A stretch of DNA of 64,000 bases from an uncultured Candidatus Saccharibacteria bacterium (lineage in GTDB: Bacteria > Patescibacteriota > Minisyncoccia > Phycocordibacterales > CSBR16-119), in the NCBI GenBank assembly GCA_964557535.1, contig CAZLAD010000003.1, positions 25,671-89,670 on the forward strand, written 5' to 3'. Shown here piece after piece: positions 46,501 through 54,097 of the stretch. The position numbers and the translations under genes were made by a program. Under the pieces are notes generated by a model, which had not been told where the DNA came from, did not search any database, and worked only from the letters and a program-made list of their open reading frames with translations. The stretch's first letter is position 1; each line of letters begins with the position of its first letter.

Positions 46501-48453
46501 TGTTTCAAGAGGGGCCAGACACATCGCGGTAAACTTTCATTCATAAAATCTGGAACATCAACATCTCCAATTATTATCGATGCATATGGAACAGGTTCTG
46601 CACCAGTTATCTCTGGTAATGTTCTTGTGACAAATTGGACCCAACACTCTGGAAATATTTGGAAAGCAACACTTTCTAGTGCACCGGTAACTCCACCAAA
46701 ATATTTGTTCGTCAATAGTGATTATCAAACAATGGCGCGTCAACCAAACACTGGTTGGTATTACACAGAAGCTCGTGCCGCGAACTCTCTAACGGACACA
46801 AATAACTCTTGGCTTTCTTCACAATCTGCTAACTCTTTGACTGGCGCAAATATCTTCATGAGAGGAACACCTTGGTCAAGTTCAGTTATTCTTGTAACGG
46901 GCAATTCAGGTTCTACTATAAACGGTGAACGCTGGGATGACCTTACGCCAGGAGTCGTGTCAGGCACGCCAACAGCTATTAAATACGGTACGACATGGTC
47001 TGATCTTGCATGGGGATATTTCCTCCGAAACAAGGTTTCCTTCATCGACACACCAGGCGAATGGGCATTTGATTCGGCCACAAACACTGTCTATTTATGG
47101 GCACCAGGAAGTGCAAATCCAAACAACCTGACAGTAGAGCTTTCTTCAGAAGCAGAGGGCATCTACTTGAATACAGCAAGTTATGTCAAAGTTAGAAACT
47201 TGATTGTCGAAGGCCAAACAACCTACGCCATTCGTATGAGTTCTAATCGTGGTGTGACGCTTGAAAACAATGAAATTAGAAATGCTTACATTGGAGTTCA
47301 CCAATATTTCACGTCTTCTAGTTACACTACCCCAAACTTATTCTCCAATAACCACATTCATGACATAAACACAGCTGGTCTTTCTTTGAACGTGTCAGGT
47401 TCTGGAGATGTTGTAGAGGGCAACGTTGTCGAAAATATCTCAACCGTCGAAGACAGAATATTCTCTTCGGACATGACACATATCGGTATCTTGCCTCCGA
47501 ACAACAATGGAATCACCAGAAGAAACATTATTCGAGATATTGGATGGTCTGGAATCGCGGCAAGTGGATCTGGCCTTATCACCGAAAACTTGATTGAACG
47601 AACGATGAAGATTCACACTGACGGTGCCGGTATTACATTTGACAATACTGACGGCTTGGTGATGAGTAAAAATATCGTCAAAGATACGGGGGTTGGTTCT
47701 GGTCAATACGCAGGAACAACTGCAGGACCAGGAGCAACGACCAACATGGTTTCAATGCCTCTTATTTACAATGGTTATTCGGCAAAAGACAAGGCTTTCT
47801 ATGTCGGAGATAGTTCAGCCGGCGGTCCACCAAAAAATTACACAATCGATGGAAACATTATCATCAATGCCACCGACGGTGTTTGGATGGATCATCCAAA
47901 CGGTGTAATCAATAATAAAGTAACCAATAACGTAATCTACGATTTCAATCGGGCAGGTATCGGAATAACGAATTATTCGATGAATCGATCGACAACCTGT
48001 GATCCGGCAGAAAATAGTGCGTGCTTTAGAAATTTTGACGACACGATTACCGGAAATAAGATTTATGGCGTTGCTTCTTATCAAAACCCACTTTATTCTC
48101 TCCAGTCATGGAGTAATGGCGCGGGAGCGGTAGTTGATTGGGGAACGATTAACAATAACTACTACTACAATCCGTTCAGAACTGGCAAGATTTATGAAGT
48201 TAGAAACTTTGGTACAGGCGAAAATCAATGGACATTGGCTCAGTGGCAAGCAGCACGTAGTGAAGATCTCAATTCCACATCTTCGAACTATACTTTGACC
48301 AATACAAACCAAAAAGCCCAAATCTTCTATAATGCGACTGGTTCACCGATCACTCAATCAGTAAATGGATGTAATGCTAATGGTACACCTCTAACAGGTA
48401 ACCAGACGATTCAACCATTTACCGCGCTAGTAGTAGAATATGGAAATTGTTAA
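40555..48453 (+). CDS. Giant secreted or surface protein (about 2630 aa). Signal peptide, one GCMDPxATNYN...DDGSC Cys-motif, multiple fibronectin type III-like domains, a duplicated 95-aa 'CKW' module, and C-terminal right-handed parallel beta-helix (pectate-lyase-like) repeats.
   Basis: ATG at 40555 precedes 'MKLQRAFFLVIALAFVVSLGTLLTG'; the GTG at 40501 is rejected. Many FN3 blocks ('SAIRINWSASTDNVAVAGYKIYRN', 'SWNAVTDPSSPVSYKIYRN'). Two homologous modules around 42050-42340 and 43560-43850 ('TNE[NA]ATCKW...TRYVRC'). PbH1-type repeats from about 47150 to 48100 ('NNEIRNAYIGV', 'GNVVENIS', 'NIIRDIGWSGIAAS', 'KNIVKDTGVGSG'). Confidence 0.8.
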   Translation: MKLQRAFFLVIALAFVVSLGTLLTGGDNQKAQVVSGTNSIALTAPASGTTVSVGQTLPMTCQAEVAQGYGLSRLKFSWFQNNGAEAGDLKDNQYDPYMSSGTFTENVTIPNITPGSNFKLQCVGYYKDLSDLSIPAISKTQSLTMNLVTVPVSVPGCMDPLATNYNQNATLDDGSCIYPVVDTTAPSVPTSLTAALPTSSAIRINWSASTDNVAVAGYKIYRNDGGNTPMNLTTPIATVIAPSTTFLNQGLVANRKYKYQIRAYDAAGNDSGLSSAITVTTRSVSTPTNVAVTSPTTVSLTVSWTPPSASNTFSYKIYSNHANGGGTSTINTTTPVGEVFVSSGSNMFVFGDNDPATPMPQLAPNTQYRFRVAAVDDANNRSTLMPNVSSGVSGTTLGNTTPPPSAPSGLNVVTTGSTTATATWTDNSNNETGFTLQRATNSGFSSNLVTISSTISANSQSFGVTGLSAGSTYYFRVQANASTPSAWATFGPLTLPVADTTAPTATITAPTAGQVLPAGTASTTLAVTTNENATCKWNSTDASYSSMTGSMAGTGTMSHTATLTGLVNGTSYTRYVRCQDVAGNPMTTSQSRTFSVAVPADTTAPAIPTLSVGTITSETVALSWNAVTDPSSPVSYKIYRNGTYIGSPISGTSTTDSGLVAGTLYSYTISACDNAPTQNCSAQSTTVTATTTAIPTIVSSLQVVQTNGTVVSTLTSGQQLNVGSQTNATYPPLNGAFSVKANPGTPAPTSIKFELTGPSGFTAYTQCESASPFAMYGDASGTYTSWPTATQILGAYTLTVTPYAATTCTGAAGTPIVSQFILANFDDLTNPTNPSQANATYRSSGEIRLSWTASSDSSGISHYNVTRTPGGIVNVGNQTTYVDTNGLNGTTGYTYTVTAVDNVGNSSGVSNAVVSPTLSTTFSNADLVQTNEASVEVKASPDAPNGIGFQTNPNSAGTITNAPTSPTNPVWVKNEGDYWYVNFNSGLDGWVNESKIDAFVPQPPTANITAPTAGQVLASGTTTVTLYVTTNEAATCKWATTDMAYASMTNTFTGSGSTSHNYPLLGLTDGTQYTRYVRCADTDGNQMTSSVSVSFSVATSVPTGDPVVNTTCPATMPTIEYDARNAARLTVQLCAQISESSTPKTITLKWANVTGRTVSSITIYRKTETGSWTSVGTPAASSTSWTDTNVTAGTYYEYKVQMVTGGSEGTVYGYIASGIKVPQESYRGRLVLVVDNTKANGLNGSAPTSGPLATQVSQLINELTGDKWIVSPVYVSQSATPATVRALIKGYYDTDAGDGNSNTNTKAVYIFGHVPVAGIGNLNPDGHGGRGISSDVIYSEMTSTWNTGSVGSSAGYGVSAGFTMPSTHTYNNPTPDAGELQVGRVDMYNLPGMPGTENEKLTNYLAKATNFKKRLYTPTDTMYLRARTPFTSSGMAGWSSTASVVGPQNVTHDRTASDLWTNLGQNHLFVLGYGQSGGVLAVDKIPQPGLCISGCGSNNLTSVSWGGVFNALSSSYIVEWNDTNSILRSILADEGKSLTMSYGIDNHWYFHHMGMGKTVGYSALSSLNNNTNLYYPRGMTGDWNNSSNGNNAYGHMALLGDPTLRAHYVGMPTGNLSITNSGGLAAFSWGASSDSPLGYNLYEIQTNTIRKVNSNIISGTSYTSSDSYDANRKYMVTAVKVRAGNSGTYYNESLGLIGGGDGGGVLLGDLDNPTWSGGTSNLTVTSPTATSLATSWNTATDATQPVTYKLQRRASGGSFAEVYSGTATSFSNTGLVAGTTYEFQVRACDGVGIPNCTSWSSTVSGTTTANDTTSPTTPGAPTSTGITASSISLSWTASTDAVGVTGYKIYRSATAGGTYSEIGTSATNSYTDTGLSASTSYYYKISAYDAAANNSAQSSASAAITTSQAQSGGQTVSGINGPVGPSLTTNQTSCTNPSGGTIYYVDAVNGNDSNNGTSVSTAWKTITKVNNSMSSINAGMMLCFKRGQTHRGKLSFIKSGTSTSPIIIDAYGTGSAPVISGNVLVTNWTQHSGNIWKATLSSAPVTPPKYLFVNSDYQTMARQPNTGWYYTEARAANSLTDTNNSWLSSQSANSLTGANIFMRGTPWSSSVILVTGNSGSTINGERWDDLTPGVVSGTPTAIKYGTTWSDLAWGYFLRNKVSFIDTPGEWAFDSATNTVYLWAPGSANPNNLTVELSSEAEGIYLNTASYVKVRNLIVEGQTTYAIRMSSNRGVTLENNEIRNAYIGVHQYFTSSSYTTPNLFSNNHIHDINTAGLSLNVSGSGDVVEGNVVENISTVEDRIFSSDMTHIGILPPNNNGITRRNIIRDIGWSGIAASGSGLITENLIERTMKIHTDGAGITFDNTDGLVMSKNIVKDTGVGSGQYAGTTAGPGATTNMVSMPLIYNGYSAKDKAFYVGDSSAGGPPKNYTIDGNIIINATDGVWMDHPNGVINNKVTNNVIYDFNRAGIGITNYSMNRSTTCDPAENSACFRNFDDTITGNKIYGVASYQNPLYSLQSWSNGAGAVVDWGTINNNYYYNPFRTGKIYEVRNFGTGENQWTLAQWQAARSEDLNSTSSNYTLTNTNQKAQIFYNATGSPITQSVNGCNANGTPLTGNQTIQPFTALVVEYGNC

Positions 48454-48470
48454 TAGTTTAATAAAAAATC

Positions 48471-48692
48471 ATGAAAGTATTAACTTGGATCATAATATTG
48501 GCGGTTATTGTCGGGGGATATCTTCTTGTTACAAGAAGTAACAACATGGGCATAAACAAGACTCCAAATATCGCTGAATTAGAAAGGAAATCCGCCGCCG
48601 AACCAACGGCTGAAGAACTAATAGATCAACAATTTGGCATTCCTGAAGATGAAGCCGAAGCTCGTTACGCCGCCGAGATGAAACAGCAATAG
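48471..48692 (+). CDS. Small membrane-anchored hypothetical protein
   Basis: 73 aa, N-terminal TM 'VLTWIIILAVIVGGYLLV'. The terminator AAAAACCGCCTTCGGGCGGTTTTTGTG follows. Confidence 0.35.
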   Translation: MKVLTWIIILAVIVGGYLLVTRSNNMGINKTPNIAELERKSAAEPTAEELIDQQFGIPEDEAEARYAAEMKQQ

Positions 48693-48750
48693 AAAAACAC
48701 AAAAACCGCCTTCGGGCGGTTTTTGTGTTTTGTGGTATACTCTCGTAACT

Positions 48751-49179
48751 ATGAAGAAAACAGTTTCTCCAGAAGTTAAAAAAAATTTTAAAATAATCCG
48801 TGCCCAAAAGGGTTCTGGTATGGGACTTATGGCCATGCGGGATTTCAAAAAAGGTGAGCGGATTATTGAATATACGGGTATAATTAAAAAAACCAAAGAT
48901 GTCGAAGATGATACGACCAAATATCTCTTTGAAATTAACAAAAGCTTTACGATAGACGGTTCGCCCAGATGGAACTTGGCTCGTTACATTAATCACTCCT
49001 GCGCCCCAAACGCTGAGTCGGTGGTGACCAAAGGTCAAGTTTTCATTGACGCCATCAAACCAATCAAGGCCGGCGACGAGATTACATATGATTACGGCAA
49101 AGAGTATTTCAATGAATTTATAAAACCGGTTGGCTGCAAGTGTGTTAAATGTTTAACCAAAAATAAAAATGGAAAATAA
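48751..49179 (+). CDS. SET-domain protein (putative protein lysine methyltransferase)
   Basis: 'RYINHSCAPNAE' (NHSCxPN) plus 'GDEITYDYG' and a C-terminal Cys cluster 'CKCVKC' (post-SET). Start taken at 'MKKTVSPEV', preceded by TATACT. Confidence 0.7.
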   Translation: MKKTVSPEVKKNFKIIRAQKGSGMGLMAMRDFKKGERIIEYTGIIKKTKDVEDDTTKYLFEINKSFTIDGSPRWNLARYINHSCAPNAESVVTKGQVFIDAIKPIKAGDEITYDYGKEYFNEFIKPVGCKCVKCLTKNKNGK

Positions 49180-49861
49180 CGAAATAAAAGAAGAAACAAT
49201 AACTGCCACCAAACAAAGACTTAATATTCCCTCCGCGATTGTTTTGGCTGGGGTAATTATTGCAGCGGCGGTGTTTTTAAAGGGGGCACAGCCAGCCGCG
49301 AAAGCTACAACTGATAGTGGGGACAAACTCGATCTGGTAGCTGAAGTCACAGAAGATGATTTTGTCAGGGGAGAAAAAAGTGCGCCCGTAACGCTTATCG
49401 AGTATGCCGACTTTTCATGTCATTTCTGTGCAGATTTTCAGTTGACGCTTAAAAAGCTCGTCGATGAATCGGCTGGTAAAATCAAGTGGGTTTATCGACA
49501 TTTGCCAATTTTTAACATTGAGGCGGCCGTTGCGAGTACTTGCGTTGGACGTCTTGGCGGAGATGATGCTTTTTGGCAATACGCCGACACGTTGTTTACA
49601 AATAGAGACAAATTTGGAACCTCGTATTATAAAAAACTGGCCATAGATTTAAACATTAAAGAATCCGAATACGATGAATGTGTAAATAATCCAGAAACAG
49701 AAAGAGTGATCAAGGCCGACTTTACCCAGAAAAGAACCCTTCTTGGCTTTAATGGCACACCACACATGGTTTTGATTGACAAAAATGGCAAAAAGTTTTC
49801 TATTACGGGAGCTTTGCAGTACGAAGAGCTAAAATCAGTAATTGATTCGCTCGATAATTAG
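49169..49861 (+). CDS. DsbA-family thiol:disulfide oxidoreductase (membrane-anchored)
   Basis: 230 aa. N-terminal TM, thioredoxin-fold active site 'FSCHFCADF' (CxxC). Confidence 0.75.
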   Translation: MENNEIKEETITATKQRLNIPSAIVLAGVIIAAAVFLKGAQPAAKATTDSGDKLDLVAEVTEDDFVRGEKSAPVTLIEYADFSCHFCADFQLTLKKLVDESAGKIKWVYRHLPIFNIEAAVASTCVGRLGGDDAFWQYADTLFTNRDKFGTSYYKKLAIDLNIKESEYDECVNNPETERVIKADFTQKRTLLGFNGTPHMVLIDKNGKKFSITGALQYEELKSVIDSLDN

Positions 49862-49906
49862 TCGAATGTTATAATGTGCTAACTTTATTAATAATATAAG
49901 CGAAAT

Positions 49907-50395
49907 ATGAAATCAATGTACGCAATCATCATAGTTTTAGTGGCAATTGTCGCGGTATTCTTTCTTCTAAAGAGAGATGTTCCTGTTGAACCTGCGCTCG
50001 AAGTTTCTACAGCTGAAACTATTACAACTAACGAAACATCAAATATGACAACAGAGAATACTAGCACAGCTTCTGAGCTTACAATGACAACAACTAAAGA
50101 GGGGGCTGGCGCTTCAGCCAAAGACGGAGATTTACTGGCCGTTCATTACACTGGTTATTTGGCCGACGGAACAAAATTTGATTCAAGCGTTGATCGTGGT
50201 TCACCTTTTGAATTTACTTTGGGAACAGGTATGGTTATTCAGGGTTGGGACATTGGTGTTCGGGGTATGAAAGTTGGCGAAGCTCGCAGACTCGTGATTC
50301 CAGCCAAATATGCTTATGGTGAACAAGGTTTCCCAGGTGTAATCCCAGAGAACGCGACACTTACATTTGATGTCGAGCTTGTTGAAATAAAATAA
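49907..50395 (+). CDS. FKBP-type peptidyl-prolyl cis-trans isomerase (membrane-anchored or secreted)
   Basis: 162 aa. 'LAVHYTGYLADGTKFDSSVDRGSPFEFTLGTGMVIQGWDIGVRGMKVGEARRLVIPA' is the canonical FKBP core. Confidence 0.85.
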   Translation: MKSMYAIIIVLVAIVAVFFLLKRDVPVEPALEVSTAETITTNETSNMTTENTSTASELTMTTTKEGAGASAKDGDLLAVHYTGYLADGTKFDSSVDRGSPFEFTLGTGMVIQGWDIGVRGMKVGEARRLVIPAKYAYGEQGFPGVIPENATLTFDVELVEIK

Positions 50396-50400
50396 AAAGA

Positions 50401-51057
50401 ATGACAAATTGGAAAAATAAAGAGCTACTCCAGATTGGCTGGAATAAAACGAGAGAAAACTTTTGGTTTTTGTTGACGATACTGGTTTGTGCTCAAATTT
50501 TAAGTTTCGTCGGACAAAAGATTCATATTGGGTTTGTTGTAGATATTTTTACTTCTTTTGTTTTGACCGGAGTGTTCTTGCAAATAGCTCGTGACAAAAA
50601 GGTTGATTATAAAAATCTATTCGATTCAGTTTCTGTGGCAAAAATTTTCCAGTATTTTCTTGCAACCATTATCGCTTCGGTATTTTTGGTTGTCGGACTT
50701 GCGCTTTTTATTGTTCCAGGGATTATCGTCGGACTATCGCTTGCGTTTCTCGCCTATATTTTGATAGACGAGGATAAAAATATTTACTGGAAAAGTCTGG
50801 CGTTTTGGCGAGCAATCAAGAAGAGCTTCTCTATGACCAAGGGAATCCGATGGAAATTGTTTGGTTTTTTTCTTGTATTGCTTGGTCTAAATATTCTCGG
50901 AGCACTTGCCTTTGTCATCGGGCTTCTCGTTACTATTCCGGTGTCAGGCATGGCAATGGCTGTACTTTATGACAGACTGAGAAATCGCGTGGTAGAAACT
51001 ACGACCGTGGTAGCGGGTAATATTTCCGAGATTGTACCGTCAGAAATAGCGAATTAA
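50401..51057 (+). CDS. Hypothetical integral membrane protein (DUF975-like topology)
   Basis: 218 aa with several TM helices and no catalytic motifs. Confidence 0.4.
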   Translation: MTNWKNKELLQIGWNKTRENFWFLLTILVCAQILSFVGQKIHIGFVVDIFTSFVLTGVFLQIARDKKVDYKNLFDSVSVAKIFQYFLATIIASVFLVVGLALFIVPGIIVGLSLAFLAYILIDEDKNIYWKSLAFWRAIKKSFSMTKGIRWKLFGFFLVLLGLNILGALAFVIGLLVTIPVSGMAMAVLYDRLRNRVVETTTVVAGNISEIVPSEIAN

Positions 51058-51080
51058 CAATTATTTATTAAAAAATTTAT

Positions 51081-51845
51081 ATGGAAAAAACACTACAAGA
51101 TTTGGCAAAAGTGGCAACAATCGTTCTGGTACTAGTGGCCGTTTTTGTCGGTATACAAGTCGTCAAAGGGCTCAAGACGGCTGATGTAAATGCCGAGAAC
51201 ACCATTACCGTTGACGGCGACTTCGAAGTTTTTGCGGCACCGGATATTGCAACTATTTCGTTTGGTGCATCATCGACGATGAAAGAGCTCAAAGATGCTC
51301 AGGCGGAAGTCGAGAAAAATTCTTCGACAGCCATTTCAGCCGTGAAAGCTCTCGGTATAGACGAAAAAGACATCCAGACGACATATTACAACGCTTATCC
51401 GCAGTATGACTATCGTTGCGGACAATTTGGTTGTCCTGGTGGAAGTGGCACTTTGACCGGCTACCAAGTTAGTCAGACGACCACTGTAAAAGTCCGCGAT
51501 CTTGATAAAGTCGGACAAATACTTTCAGCCGTTGGTGGCGCCAAAGTTTCTGATATCCAAGGACCAAACTTTGATATTGAAAACAAAGACGCTCTCCAGA
51601 CCGAAGCTCGCAAAGAGGCGATTAAGGAAGCCAAAGAAAAGGCTAAAGTCTTGGCTGATCAGCTCGGAGTTAGACTTGGAAGAATCGTTTCATTCAACGA
51701 GGGTGGATATGGCGGACCGATTATGTATGCCAAGGCCGAAATGGCCATGGATTCTACTGGAGGAAACACCGCGCCTACGCCAACCATCGAAACCGGACAA
51801 AATAGGATTTACTCAAGCGTCTCGATTGTTTATCGGGTTAAATAG
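51081..51845 (+). CDS. SIMPL/DUF541-family protein (secreted)
   Basis: 254 aa. N-terminal TM, then 'ITVDGDFEVFAAPDIATISFGASS...' typical of SIMPL / 26-kDa periplasmic immunogenic protein family members. Confidence 0.65.
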   Translation: MEKTLQDLAKVATIVLVLVAVFVGIQVVKGLKTADVNAENTITVDGDFEVFAAPDIATISFGASSTMKELKDAQAEVEKNSSTAISAVKALGIDEKDIQTTYYNAYPQYDYRCGQFGCPGGSGTLTGYQVSQTTTVKVRDLDKVGQILSAVGGAKVSDIQGPNFDIENKDALQTEARKEAIKEAKEKAKVLADQLGVRLGRIVSFNEGGYGGPIMYAKAEMAMDSTGGNTAPTPTIETGQNRIYSSVSIVYRVK

Positions 51846-51898
51846 AAAACCAGATAGCGAAAGTCCCCAGGAATGGGGATTTTTGCTACAATAAAGCC

Positions 51899-52591
51899 AT
51901 GCAAGAAATTACGATATTTACTGATGGGAGTTCGATGGGAAACCCGGGTCCTGGTGGCTGGGCGGCGATTATTTCTGACAAAAAGACGGCGACCGAGCTT
52001 GGTGGATTTAACCCCAAAACGACGAATAATCGCATGGAAATGACGGCCGCGATCGAGGCAATCAATTATATTTCCGAAAAGGATTTGTCCGAAGCTGAAA
52101 TTACCGTCTACACCGATTCGGAATATCTTATTAACGGCATTACCAAATGGGTTTTTGGTTGGGAAGAGCGTGGCTGGGTGACAGCCAACAAAAAAACGGT
52201 TTTAAACAAAGATCTGTGGCAACTTTTGTCGGCCAAGGTTCGAGATATGGAAATCGAATGGCGTTACGTCGAGGGTCACGCTGGAATTGCTGGAAATGAA
52301 AGAGTCGATACTATCGCCACTGAATTTGCTGCCGGGAAATCTCCAAAACTTTTTAACGGTGACGCCAAGGAATATTCTGTAGACATCAGAAATCTTGCCC
52401 CAGCCTATGGTAAATCAAGTGGCCAAAAAACTGAAAAAGTATATTCATATCTGTCGATGGTAGATGGCGAAATTAAAACTCATAAGACCTGGAAAGAATG
52501 TGAAGCCAGAGTCAAAGGCAAAAAGGCGAGATTCAAAAAAACATTTTCCAAAGCTGACGAAGAAAAAATTATAAAATCGTGGCTTGAGTAA
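51899..52591 (+). CDS. rnhA: Ribonuclease HI with a C-terminal RNA/DNA hybrid-binding-like (caulimovirus VI-type) extension
   Basis: 230 aa. 'IFTDGSSMGNPGPGGWAAI...EMTAAIEAI...TDSEYLINGITKW' is the RNase H core. The C-terminal 70 aa, 'VYSYLSMVDGEIKTHKTWKECEARVKGKKARFKKTFSKADEEKI', fits the hybrid-binding domain (HBD) pattern. Confidence 0.8.
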   Translation: MQEITIFTDGSSMGNPGPGGWAAIISDKKTATELGGFNPKTTNNRMEMTAAIEAINYISEKDLSEAEITVYTDSEYLINGITKWVFGWEERGWVTANKKTVLNKDLWQLLSAKVRDMEIEWRYVEGHAGIAGNERVDTIATEFAAGKSPKLFNGDAKEYSVDIRNLAPAYGKSSGQKTEKVYSYLSMVDGEIKTHKTWKECEARVKGKKARFKKTFSKADEEKIIKSWLE

Positions 52592-52603
52592 TCTATAATT
52601 CGC

Positions 52604-54097
52604 ATGTCGCAAAACATATTTCTCTCAACTATCTTCGGATTTTTGACAGGAGTATTGTTGGCTTCAGTTTTTAACACAAGTCTGGCTTGGGTATATTTTA
52701 GTTTTACCGTTTCGATTTGTTTTTTGTTTACGGCCAAATTTCATCTGGCGTCTAGAAAGCCGTTTTTGATCATCGCTTTATTTTTATTGTTTGTATCAAT
52801 TGGGATATTGAGATTTTATGTAAAAGATTCTGGGCAGTTAAAAAATCAATTAGATAATTTTGTTGATCAACAAGTCGAAGTCGAGGGAATTATCAAATCC
52901 GAAGTCGATGTTCGTGAAGCGAGTCAGCGTATAAAACTTTCGGCTGAAAAAATTGTTTTCCGAGGCACAGAATATGTGATTGATCAAAATATTCTTGTAT
53001 CGACCGAAACGTTTCCGGAGTATTTATATGGTGATTTGGTTAAAGTATCAGGCCAATTAAAAACACCAGAAAATTTTATAACTGACGTTGGTAAAGAATT
53101 TGATTATATTTCCTATCTCAAGAAAGATTCGATTTTCTATACCATGTCTTTTGCCAAAGTTTCTGTGATTGAACGTGGTCAGGGCAACAAAATCAAAGCT
53201 GGAATTTTGTTTGTAAAACAGCGTTTTTTAGATTCGATAAGCACAATAATTCCCGCACCAGAATCGGCGCTTTTGGGCGGACTTTTGCTTGGGACGAAAC
53301 AATCGCTTGGTGAGAAATTGCAACAAGCGTTTGTTGATACTGGACTTGTTCATATCATTGTTCTTTCTGGATATAACGTTACGATTATTGCGGAGGCTTT
53401 GATCAAAATGTTTTCGTTTTTATCAGTTTCTGCCGGCATATATTTTGGCGGATTAGCGATTGTGTTATTTGTCATTATGACTGGGGCCGGCGCGACAATC
53501 GTACGCGCCGGCATCATGGCAATCCTTGCCCTGGTTGCTCGAGCTACCGGCAGGACTTCAGATATTACTCGGGCGCTACTTTTGGCGGCGGCGCTTATGA
53601 TTTTACATAACCCATACATTTTATTTTTTGACATCTCTTTTCAGCTATCATTCCTTGCGACTCTTGGTCTTATATACATGTCGCCAATATTTGCTAAATG
53701 GTTTAAATTTATTCCGGAAAGATTTGGTTTACGCGAAGTTATCTCAGCGACGATTGGTGTCCAAGCATTTGTTTTACCATTTATCCTTTACAAGATGGGA
53801 AACTTATCGATCGTAGCACCCATCACCAATACGCTCGTTTTGCCCCTTATCCCAGCTACGATGTTTTTTGGATTTATAAGTGGATTGCTTGGTTTAATTT
53901 CCAATATTTTAGCTATGCCATTTGGGTTTGTTACTTATCTTTTGCTTAAATTTGAAATATCGGTAGTTGAAATATTTTCACGACTATCTTTTGCCACCAT
54001 TAAAATATCTTATTTACCGTTTATAATTGTTTTGGTTTTTTATGTCGTGATTGGTTGGAAACTTTATCGCTATTATCAAAAACATGAAAGCAGATAA
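52604..54097 (+). CDS. comEC: ComEC/Rec2 competence channel, membrane part (DUF4131 + competence domain)
   Basis: 497 aa, polytopic. 'GLVHIIVLSGYNV' is the ComEC core motif. Confidence 0.8.
   Translation: MSQNIFLSTIFGFLTGVLLASVFNTSLAWVYFSFTVSICFLFTAKFHLASRKPFLIIALFLLFVSIGILRFYVKDSGQLKNQLDNFVDQQVEVEGIIKSEVDVREASQRIKLSAEKIVFRGTEYVIDQNILVSTETFPEYLYGDLVKVSGQLKTPENFITDVGKEFDYISYLKKDSIFYTMSFAKVSVIERGQGNKIKAGILFVKQRFLDSISTIIPAPESALLGGLLLGTKQSLGEKLQQAFVDTGLVHIIVLSGYNVTIIAEALIKMFSFLSVSAGIYFGGLAIVLFVIMTGAGATIVRAGIMAILALVARATGRTSDITRALLLAAALMILHNPYILFFDISFQLSFLATLGLIYMSPIFAKWFKFIPERFGLREVISATIGVQAFVLPFILYKMGNLSIVAPITNTLVLPLIPATMFFGFISGLLGLISNILAMPFGFVTYLLLKFEISVVEIFSRLSFATIKISYLPFIIVLVFYVVIGWKLYRYYQKHESR

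Noticed and set aside
41039-48321. Many short ORFs on both strands inside the giant surface protein gene
   Set aside because: They are embedded in a continuous 7.9-kb reading frame with domain structure, and they are low-complexity translations of the T/S/G-rich coding strand.
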